64,000 nucleotides of DNA from Terriglobia bacterium (GTDB lineage: Bacteria; Acidobacteriota; Terriglobia; Bryobacterales; JACQDG01), in assembly GCA_041482115.1 (NCBI GenBank), contig JBGPDC010000003.1, forward strand, positions 4,695 through 68,694, written 5' to 3'. The position numbers and the translations under genes were made by a program. The notes beneath the pieces are model-generated. The model did no database searches. It saw only the letters and a program-made list of their open reading frames with translations, and was not told where the DNA came from. Positions 48,287-55,610 of the stretch are shown here, one piece after another. How positions within the stretch are numbered: the stretch's first letter is position 1; each line of letters begins with the position of its first letter.

Positions 48287-49990
48287 CTAACGGATTCGCG
48301 CCCCAGCTTCGCTCCAGCCGGCGAGATCGTAGACCTGGACGCCTCCGGTCGGACTGCGAAACACGACGGGCTGCGCTGCCAGTAGCTGCCCCACCCGCTG
48401 CCGGTAGGCGTCTCGCGCTGATTCAAACCGGAAGTCATCTTCCGTAACGACCCAGTAGCGGGCCCCGATAGCGCGAGCGACATCGGCCAGGTGCGTCAGG
48501 TCCTGCTCCCGTATCGCCGGCTCGAGCGACGCCGTGGGACGACAGGCCAAGGGCCACATCGCTTGCCGGCCCGTGTAAAGGTACAAAGCGGCGTCCTGCT
48601 GCGTCACGAACCGCGTATCCAGGCTCGTGTGGTGGCGGACCCAGTCGTAGGTTTCCTGCGCCTCCCGGAGGGAGGCCGTGCGCGGGTCGAGCCCGGCCTG
48701 GACCATCTCAGGGGAGTCCACGAAGTAATGAATCAATCCGCGGGAAAGTACCGCCAGAAGTCCGGCCGTCAGGACGATAATCAACGCCCGATTGAAGAAC
48801 CCGCGGTCGCGGTCCCAGTCGGTCCGGAAGGTGCCCGCCAGATGCCGGCCTTCCCACCACAGTCCGGCATAAAAGAACGGCAAATAGAGCAGCAAGGCCC
48901 GATCGAGGAAGGTGTAGTTCCAGACCAACAGTACGGCAGCATAGAAGGGAAATAGGAAGTGGATCGCCGTCCAGCCCTGGTGGCGTGCCTGACGGATCAG
49001 TCCCGCCAGGATGGCGACCGACAGACAGATGCCCAGTAGGACTCCGGGGTAAGAGGCCAGCCCCCCCCAAGGCGGGAACAGGCAAAACATGGAGGGCGTC
49101 AGCAGGAATCCCCGGAGATTGAACAGGAACATAGCCCACAGCGTGGCGGCGTCGGGTACGGATAGCCGCCAAAAGCCCGAATAGCTGGTGTGATAGAGCC
49201 AGGTCTGCCGGAAGCCCTCCCCCGCTCCTTGCGCCCAGTCCGGCCAGCCCGCCGGAGCCGAGGCCAAGAGCCCCGCCAGGGCCACCAACGGTGTAACGCC
49301 CAGAAGCAGAAAGAGCAGTTGCCGGTACGCCCGCCGATAGAGCGCCAGGGCCACGCACGCCCCCACCAACGTGAATCCGATGGTGCGCGTGAGTACCGCC
49401 AAACCGGCTAGCAGCGCCACGGGGAGGGCCGCTCGGCCGGTGCGCTCCGGCCGCAGGGCGGAGTCCGCTGCCAACGTCCCAGTCAGGGCCAGGGCCATGA
49501 AGGGAATATCGCTCATCACCCGGCGGCTCAAGGCCAGGAAGATCGGATGAAAGGCACACAGGCCGGTGATGAGCACCGAGCCCCAGCGACCCATACCGCC
49601 CAGCCGCCGCAGACATTGAAACGCGGCGGTCAGAAACCAGCAGCAAAAAAGTGCTGTTACGGCGGTGGCGGCCGCGAGATTCTCCGGAAACGAGGGACGC
49701 CACCTCCAGACCCAGGAGAGCAGCCAGGGGTAGAGGGGCGGATACTTGGTTTGCGGCGGTGAGCCCGGCAGGCTGGGCAACACGTATCCACGGCCCTCCG
49801 CCAGGGCCTGGGCCGTGCTGAAATAGATACTATCGTCGTAGAATTCTCCGAAGACTTCGGTGGGGCGTAAACGCGACCAGCAGACCAGGAAGAGCAGCAG
49901 GACCAGCGCCAGTCCCACCCAGGGGAGCAGGTCCTCGCGCTGCTCGGCGCCTCGCGGGCCGGCCCTGGGGCTCGAAGAAGAAAGGGACAC
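48287..49990 (-). CDS. GT39/GT83 ArnT-like GT-C membrane glycosyltransferase
   Basis: EFYDDSIYFSTAQALAEGRGY (DD motif in the first loop) ...YPPLYPWLLSW. More than 10 TM segments and a C-terminal soluble domain. Convergent with the preceding gene. Confidence 0.6.
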   Translation of the reverse strand: MSLSSSSPRAGPRGAEQREDLLPWVGLALVLLLFLVCWSRLRPTEVFGEFYDDSIYFSTAQALAEGRGYVLPSLPGSPPQTKYPPLYPWLLSWVWRWRPSFPENLAAATAVTALFCCWFLTAAFQCLRRLGGMGRWGSVLITGLCAFHPIFLALSRRVMSDIPFMALALTGTLAADSALRPERTGRAALPVALLAGLAVLTRTIGFTLVGACVALALYRRAYRQLLFLLLGVTPLVALAGLLASAPAGWPDWAQGAGEGFRQTWLYHTSYSGFWRLSVPDAATLWAMFLFNLRGFLLTPSMFCLFPPWGGLASYPGVLLGICLSVAILAGLIRQARHQGWTAIHFLFPFYAAVLLVWNYTFLDRALLLYLPFFYAGLWWEGRHLAGTFRTDWDRDRGFFNRALIIVLTAGLLAVLSRGLIHYFVDSPEMVQAGLDPRTASLREAQETYDWVRHHTSLDTRFVTQQDAALYLYTGRQAMWPLACRPTASLEPAIREQDLTHLADVARAIGARYWVVTEDDFRFESARDAYRQRVGQLLAAQPVVFRSPTGGVQVYDLAGWSEAGARIR

Positions 49991-50176
49991 AACGAACTCT
50001 GCCGCCCAGCGGGCCGCGCTGCCATCTTAGCACCCACGTCCGGCGTGCTCCGCCTGCCGCTCTCGTACCGTCTCTGGCCAGGTCTATTCCCCTGTATGAA
50101 GTTTCTCCATTCCAGCGCCGATTAAATCACTGCCGGTCAGCCTCGGCCGTTCCAGGATGCACCTCGACTACTTCGA

Positions 50177-51844
50177 TTGCGACTCGACTGCCCGCCGGAG
50201 GCCGGCGTGAGAAAGCGAGCGGGTCCGGTCCTCCTCCGCATGACGGCCGACGCCCTGTTGGCCTCGGTGGCGCTCGCCGCAGGCCTCGCGATCCGCTTCC
50301 CGCCGCCCGCCGGGCTGTGGCGTAACTTTGCCGCGCCGTATGGCCTCGACCTGCTTTTGCTCGCGGCCCTGGTGATCGGCTCGAACGCCTTCTGCGGCCT
50401 CTACTACCGCACCCGCTTCTATACCCGGCGCTCCAAGGTTCTGGCGCTGGCACAGTCCATTTCACTGGCTTATGCGGCGCTGGTGTGCGTTCTCCCTTTC
50501 ACCAGCCCGCCAGCTCGCAGCCTTCCGGGAACTGCGCTCGTGCTCTCCTACCTCTTCACCCTGGCCACCGTCGGAGGGTCGCGGCTCGGCCGGGACTACT
50601 TCCGCCGCCGCTTTACCCTGGAGCTGCAAGAGCGGCGGCCCGGCCGCGCCGTCCGGCGGGTGCTGGTAGTGGGCGGAGCGGGCTACATTGGCAGTGGCCT
50701 CGTGCGGGACCTGCTGGCCGACGGTTACCGCGTGCGGGTGCTGGACTCGCTCGCCTGTGGTGACGAGGCCCTTCGCCCGCTTTACGGGTGTCCGGATTTC
50801 GAGCTGGTCCAGGGCGATTTCTGCCACGTGGGACCGGTGGTGCAGGCGACCAAAGGCGTCGACGCGGTCCTGCACCTCGGGGCCATCGTGGGCGACCCGG
50901 CCTGCGCGGTCGACGAAGACGAGACGCTTGAGACCAACCTGGCCGCTACCCGCCTGCTGGCCGAGGTCTCGCGCGCAGCGGGGGTTTCGCGCCTCCTGTT
51001 TGCCTCCACGTGCAGCGTCTACGGCGCCTGTGACCACCTGGTCGACGAGCGCTCGCCCCTGCATCCCGTCTCGCTCTATGCCGCGACCAAAATCGATTCC
51101 GAGCGCGTGCTGCTCGCAAAACGCGATTCCCGCTTCCACCCCGTGATCCTGCGGCTCGGAACCGCCTTTGGCTGGTCCCTGCGGCCGCGCTTCGATCTGG
51201 TCGTCAATCTGCTCGCGGCCCGTGCCGCCGTCGAGGGCCAGATCCAGATCTTCAATGGCGGCCAGTGGCGGCCCTTCATCCACGTCGCGGACATCTCCCG
51301 CGCCTTCCGAGCCGTGCTGGCGGCGCCCCTCGCGGTTACCAGCGGCCAGATCTTCAACACCGGCTCGAACTCCCTGAACCTCACCCTGCGGCAACTGGCC
51401 AGTGAAATCGCGAGCCTCGTACCGGGCCTGGAGGTCGCCTATCTCCCCGGCGCCGACACCCGCAACTATCGCGTGTCGTTCGACAAGATCCGCGACCGGT
51501 TGGGCTTCGAGTGCCAGATGGGAATCGAGGCGGGCGTCCGCGAGATCCTGACCGCGTTCGACCGGGGCCAGGTGGCGGACTTCCGCGACCCGCGTTACAG
51601 CAACGTCCAGTTGATCGAGCGCCGTCGCCGGGAAAGGTCAGGACCCCCCGCAGGACCGCCCGCGATCGAGTTGACCGCCTTGCAGTTTGCCCGCAAGAGC
51701 CGCTGGTGGCGCAGCGTCGCCCTGGGCGCCTCGGGAGCCTCTCTGCTGCAGGACCCCGCTAGCGACCTGCTGCATCTGGCGCGAATGGTCGAGCCGGCCA
51801 AGGTTTCCGCTATGGCCGCGGCCTGGGGGCGGGACAGTCTCTGA
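50177..51844 (+). CDS. Membrane-anchored NAD-dependent sugar epimerase/dehydratase (SDR)
   Basis: About 4 N-terminal TM segments, then VLVVGGAGYIGSGL (GxxGxxG) and YAATKIDSE (YxxxK). The architecture recalls CapD/WbpM-type enzymes. Confidence 0.8.
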   Translation: MRLDCPPEAGVRKRAGPVLLRMTADALLASVALAAGLAIRFPPPAGLWRNFAAPYGLDLLLLAALVIGSNAFCGLYYRTRFYTRRSKVLALAQSISLAYAALVCVLPFTSPPARSLPGTALVLSYLFTLATVGGSRLGRDYFRRRFTLELQERRPGRAVRRVLVVGGAGYIGSGLVRDLLADGYRVRVLDSLACGDEALRPLYGCPDFELVQGDFCHVGPVVQATKGVDAVLHLGAIVGDPACAVDEDETLETNLAATRLLAEVSRAAGVSRLLFASTCSVYGACDHLVDERSPLHPVSLYAATKIDSERVLLAKRDSRFHPVILRLGTAFGWSLRPRFDLVVNLLAARAAVEGQIQIFNGGQWRPFIHVADISRAFRAVLAAPLAVTSGQIFNTGSNSLNLTLRQLASEIASLVPGLEVAYLPGADTRNYRVSFDKIRDRLGFECQMGIEAGVREILTAFDRGQVADFRDPRYSNVQLIERRRRERSGPPAGPPAIELTALQFARKSRWWRSVALGASGASLLQDPASDLLHLARMVEPAKVSAMAAAWGRDSL

Positions 51845-51853
51845 GGCGGGTCC

Positions 51854-52636
51854 CTACCGTCCCTTGAACCCCGGGCGGCGCTTCTCAAGAAACGCCTGGG
51901 TACCTTCCGCCTTGTCTTCGGTTGCGAAACACACGGTCTGGGCCAGCGTCTCGAGAATCAGCCCGGCGTGCTCCGGGGCATGGCTCGAGGCGTTGAGCAC
52001 CAGCTTCGCCATGCGCAGCGCCACGGGACCTCTCGTCAGCATCTTGTCAGCATAGCGCCGGGCCGTAGCCATGAGTTCGGCGGGCGGCACCACCGCCGCC
52101 ACCAGTCCCGCGGTGAGCGCCTGCCGGGCGTCGATCACCTCGCCGGTCAGGATCAGTTGTTTCGCAAGCGCCAGGCTGATCAGGCGCGGCAGCCGCTGCG
52201 TGCCCCCCGCCCCCGGGATGATCCCCAATCCCGTTTCCGGAAAGCCGAACTTGGCCGTTTCACTCGCCACGCGCAGGTCGCAGGCGATGGCCAGCTCACA
52301 CCCCCCGCCGAGGGCGTAGCCGTGAACGGCGGCGATCACCGGCCACGGGAAGTTCTCGACCGCCGTCATGAGCCGCTGGTTGATGGCGGCGAGCGCGTCC
52401 CGCTGGGTGCGCTGGTGGAGCTGCGCAATGTCGGCCCCCGATACGAAGGCCTGGTCGCCGGCCCCCCGCAGGATCACCACGCAACCCGCCTCCCCGGCCG
52501 CGGCCTCCGCTTCCCGGAGCGCCTCTTGCGCCTCGTTGACCGTCGGCAGGTCGAGCGCGTTGCGCTTCTCCGGACGGTTGAAGGTCAGCGTCCAGATGCG
52601 GCCATCCCTTTCGAGCTTGACGTTTTCGCCTGTCAT
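51854..52636 (-). CDS. Enoyl-CoA hydratase/isomerase (crotonase family)
   Basis: WTLTFNRPEKRNAL, FVSGADI, GYALGGGCELAIACD, GIIPGAGGTQRL. Confidence 0.9.
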   Translation of the reverse strand: MTGENVKLERDGRIWTLTFNRPEKRNALDLPTVNEAQEALREAEAAAGEAGCVVILRGAGDQAFVSGADIAQLHQRTQRDALAAINQRLMTAVENFPWPVIAAVHGYALGGGCELAIACDLRVASETAKFGFPETGLGIIPGAGGTQRLPRLISLALAKQLILTGEVIDARQALTAGLVAAVVPPAELMATARRYADKMLTRGPVALRMAKLVLNASSHAPEHAGLILETLAQTVCFATEDKAEGTQAFLEKRRPGFKGR

Positions 52637-52643
52637 GGTGGCT

Positions 52644-52985
52644 TCATCCCGCCAGTTTCTCCAGTCCCGTGGGGTCGAAGCCGAGTACGAGTTGCCTGCC
52701 CCGCACCGTGATGGGCCGCCGGATCAGGTTGGGGTGCGCGGCCATCAGCTCCAGGGCCTCCTTCCGGGACGGCGGCTTCTCCTTCATCTTCTTCTCCCGG
52801 TAGAGCTCATTCTTCGTGTTCAGGAACAGGGTGTAATCCCGCTCCCCGATGAGCCGGTCCAACTCCTCGGTGGAGAGCCCGCGGTTCAGGTCCTGCATCT
52901 CCAGTTCCGCGCCTTGTTCGAGCAAGAAACTTCTCGCTTGGCGGCACGTGGTTCAAGTGGGCTTCGTGTAAAACCGGATTTTCAT
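52644..52985 (-). CDS. ArsC/Spx/YffB-family thiol oxidoreductase-like protein with in-frame TGA at the first Cys of CxxC (candidate selenoprotein, UxxC; alternatively a pseudogene)
   Basis: My own translation from ATG at 52985: MKIRFYTKPT-TGA(52955-52953)-TTCRQARSFLLEQGAELEM... This continues in frame into the track ORF 52644..52925. The 113-aa total fits the family. ...HPNLIRRPITVRGRQLVLGF is the family C-terminal signature. Confidence 0.6.
52910..52943 (-). promoter_or_regulatory. Candidate bacterial SECIS-like hairpin downstream of the in-frame TGA
   Basis: Minus strand: CGCC-AAG-CGAG-AAGTTTCTTG-CTCG-AACAA-GGCG. The hairpin starts 10 nt after the UGA. The G/U-containing apical region lies about 24 nt from the UGA. 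Confidence 0.3.
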
Positions 52986-52995
52986 GGCCTCGATC

Positions 52996-53361
52996 TTAGG
53001 TGTAACGCGGTATGGCCGGGTCGATCTCCAGGCTCCAGCGATCGATCCCGCCGGCCAGGCTCTGCACGTCCTCCAGGCCCTGGTTCCGCAGCCAGGCCGC
53101 CACCCGCAGGCTGCGCACCCCATGGTGGCAGTAGACCACCAGCGGCTCCTCGATCCCTTCGAGCTGTGGCAGCGCGGCCGGAACGTCGCCCATCGGTATC
53201 AACTCGGCCCCTTCCAGGCGGGCCGTCTGGTACTCCCACGGCTCCCGGACATCGACCAGCCGCACCTTTTGCCCGGCTGCCTGCCGGCGCTGCAGCTCCT
53301 GGGGGGTGATCTCGAAGGAAAGGGGTTCCGGCACGGCGTCGCCCTCCGCCAGAAAGACCAA
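52996..53361 (-). CDS. Single-domain rhodanese-like sulfurtransferase
   Basis: VRLVDVREPWEY...VVYCHHGVRS (active-site Cys loop) ...LAGGIDRW. The start is uncertain: TTG at 53361 or GTG at 53334. Confidence 0.85.
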   Translation of the reverse strand: MVFLAEGDAVPEPLSFEITPQELQRRQAAGQKVRLVDVREPWEYQTARLEGAELIPMGDVPAALPQLEGIEEPLVVYCHHGVRSLRVAAWLRNQGLEDVQSLAGGIDRWSLEIDPAIPRYT

Positions 53362-53452
53362 TAGTGTAACATTAAGGAGTATCCAGGCTCGGGGCTGGGA
53401 GCCCCGGTGGGGTGCGTGATATGCCCCACCGATACTGGTGTTAACCTTTTCT

Positions 53453-53480
53453 GGAACTTTTTCAAATCCCCATGATCCAA
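53453..53480 (+). promoter_or_regulatory. ECF(RpoE)-type promoter candidate overlapping the annotated sigma-factor start
   Basis: GGAACTT (53453-53459), 16-nt spacer, TCCAA (53476-53480). If this promoter is used, the sigma gene would start at GTG 53511 rather than ATG 53472. Confidence 0.3.
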
Positions 53481-54098
53481 TCTGATAGCCCCGCCCAGGT
53501 AGACCAAGAGGTGGAGCTGGTTGACCGTGCCAGGAGTGGGGACGTAGCTGCCTTTACCGAACTGGTCAACCGTTACGAGCGAAATATATACCGTCTGGCC
53601 CGTCACATCACGCAGAACGACGAGGATGCCGAGGATGTGCTGCAAGAAGCGTTTCTCAAGGCGTTTGCGAATTTGAAGCAGTTTCAGGGTCAGTCGAAGT
53701 TTTACACATGGCTGGTACGAATCGCGGTCAACGAATCGCTCATGAAGCTGCGCCGCCGCAAGGCGGACAAGATCGTGTCGCTCGACGAGCGCCTCGAGAC
53801 CGAAGACGATTCCGTGCCGCGCGAGATCGCCGATTGGTCCGAGAACCCGGAGCAGCAGTACAGCCGCGCCGAGATGCAGGGTTTCCTGACCCGCGCCATC
53901 GACAGTTTGAGCCCCGGTTTTCGGACTGTTTTCCTGCTGCGCGACGTCGAAGAACTCTCGACGGAAGAAACCGCCAGCGCCCTCAACCTTTCCATCCCCG
54001 CCGTGAAATCGCGCCTCCTCCGGGCGCGGCTGCAGTTGCGGGAGAAACTGAATCGGATTTTTCGTAAACATGGGGACCACGCGCCAATTCACCTGTAA
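53472..54098 (+). CDS. ECF (group IV) sigma-70 family RNA polymerase sigma factor
   Basis: Region 2 (VELVDRARSGDVAAFTELVNRYERNIYRLARHITQNDEDAEDVLQEAFLKAF), region 4 (LRDVEELSTEETASALNLSIPAVKSRLLRAR). Confidence 0.9.
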   Translation: MIQSDSPAQVDQEVELVDRARSGDVAAFTELVNRYERNIYRLARHITQNDEDAEDVLQEAFLKAFANLKQFQGQSKFYTWLVRIAVNESLMKLRRRKADKIVSLDERLETEDDSVPREIADWSENPEQQYSRAEMQGFLTRAIDSLSPGFRTVFLLRDVEELSTEETASALNLSIPAVKSRLLRARLQLREKLNRIFRKHGDHAPIHL

Positions 54099-54330
54099 GC
54101 ATCTGCTCAAGGAGCTCACCGACTACCTCGACGGGTCGCTCGATCCCGAGATGCGGACGCAGCTCGAAGCCCACCTCGCCAAGTGCCCGAATTGCTGGGT
54201 AGTCTGCGATACGACGAAGAAGACGATCGAGGTTTTCAAGGGCCTCGACCCGTATCCGTTGCCGGACGAAGTCAAGGGCCGGCTGGTAAAAGCACTTCAG
54301 AAGCGCTGTTCCGAGTCCGGGAAGTCCTAG
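54070..54330 (+). CDS. Small soluble ZAS-type anti-sigma factor (zf-HC2)
   Basis: 86 aa with no TM segment. FTCKHLL...AHLAKCPNC contains the H-x3-C-x2-C zinc motif. Overlaps the sigma gene by 29 nt. Confidence 0.75.
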   Translation: MGTTRQFTCKHLLKELTDYLDGSLDPEMRTQLEAHLAKCPNCWVVCDTTKKTIEVFKGLDPYPLPDEVKGRLVKALQKRCSESGKS

Positions 54331-54517
54331 GACCAGCCCCTCGCCCCCTTGCCTGGGCATCCCCCCTTTCCCAGAGGGTTTTTCATTACAAGCCATGTAG
54401 TATCAAGCGGATAGCGACCTCTGCCTCTCCCCTATAATCTCCTCACTCCCGGCCTACGTTTTATGGAACCTGGAGGGTACGGGATCAATCTAACGCTTTA
54501 GGGCGCAGAGGTTCATT

Positions 54518-54811
54518 ATGTTTTCGACCTTGGCGAACTGGTTGTTCGGATGCTCTCACCGCAGGACGAGCTTCCCCATGACGCGCCGCACCGGCCTCCG
54601 CGCGGAGGGGCAGGGAAAGGCGCCACGGAGCGAGACCTACGTGGTGTGCCTGGATTGCGGGAGGCGTTTTGCATACGACTGGAGTGAGATGCGGATCGCC
54701 AAACCGCCGGAGGCGCCAGTCGGCGGCGCCCCGGCTCAGCACATATACCGGAAGCGCCGGGCGCTTCCTGCGGCTCACCGTTTCTTCCACCGGCTGGTGC
54801 ACCATACCTAG
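54518..54811 (+). CDS. Hypothetical small basic protein with a C-x-H ... C-x2-C putative zinc-ribbon
   Basis: MFSTLANWLFGCSHRRT...YVVCLDCGRRFAYDW. AGAGG lies upstream of the ATG. I do not recognise the family. Confidence 0.4.
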   Translation: MFSTLANWLFGCSHRRTSFPMTRRTGLRAEGQGKAPRSETYVVCLDCGRRFAYDWSEMRIAKPPEAPVGGAPAQHIYRKRRALPAAHRFFHRLVHHT

Positions 54812-54861
54812 CCGGCCAGGACGGAAATGTGCGCAGCCGCGACCAAGAGGAGTTTGAGTCG

Positions 54862-55533
54862 ATGTCTTCGACAGCCACCAACTTGTTTAGCTATCCCTCG
54901 GGCACGGATGACCCGCTCGAGCTGCTGCCGCACACCCCCGTGCGGGAGTACAAAAAGAATGACGTCATCCACGACGCCGAGGACCGTCCGGAGTACCTTT
55001 ACCTGGTCGTCGACGGCCGCGTCAAGGCCTCGCGGCAGCCGGAAGGCCGGGAGGTGATCCTGGATTTCTACCACAAGGATGACTTCTTCGGCGAAGCCGC
55101 TTTCCTGGGCGCCGAGCGCTACGGCGAGCAGGCGACGGCGCTCGATAGGACGACGGTCATGGCCTGGTCGGTAGCCGACCTGCGGCGCCTGATGGGCCGC
55201 ACCCCGACGCTGGGACCGGCGCTGTTGCGCGTAGTCGCCCGCAAGCTCGCCGACGCCAACGAGCGGGTCGAGAGCTTTTGCCTCGATCCGATCAACCGCC
55301 GGCTGGTGAAGGCCCTGCTGCGCCTGGGCGCACGGTCCGGGCAGGTCTCCGAGACGCCGCTCCTGCACGTGCCGCCGGTCACGCACGAGCAACTGGCGCG
55401 GTACGTGGGGACCTCCCGCGAGATCGTGACCCAGTACATGAACCAGTTCCGCCGCGACCAGCTTCTAAAATATTCCCGGCGCGGCCTGGAACTGGACCTG
55501 GAAGCCTTGCGCCAGTATCTGGCCAAGGCCTAG
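54862..55533 (+). CDS. Crp/Fnr-family transcriptional regulator
   Basis: cNMP-binding fold (YLVVDGRVKASRQPEGREVILDFYHKDDFFGEAAFL). C-terminal HTH (THEQLARYVGTSREIVTQYMNQFRR). Confidence 0.85.
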   Translation: MSSTATNLFSYPSGTDDPLELLPHTPVREYKKNDVIHDAEDRPEYLYLVVDGRVKASRQPEGREVILDFYHKDDFFGEAAFLGAERYGEQATALDRTTVMAWSVADLRRLMGRTPTLGPALLRVVARKLADANERVESFCLDPINRRLVKALLRLGARSGQVSETPLLHVPPVTHEQLARYVGTSREIVTQYMNQFRRDQLLKYSRRGLELDLEALRQYLAKA

Positions 55534-55610
55534 CGGCGGCTGGCGGCTGGCGGCAGCTTCGTCCCAAGTAGTGAGCCCGTCCCCTACCCTTTTTCCATCG
55601 GCAACCTTGA

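Noticed and set aside
52644-52925. Reading the ArsC-like gene as a 93-aa protein starting at TTG 52925 (as in the ORF track), or as a simple pseudogene
   Set aside because: Not fully rejected. The truncated form would lack the first beta-strand and the CxxC site. The 20 upstream codons are in frame, family-typical and begin with ATG. The stop falls exactly on the catalytic Cys codon. Sec recoding is therefore the more economical reading, pending a check for sel genes.
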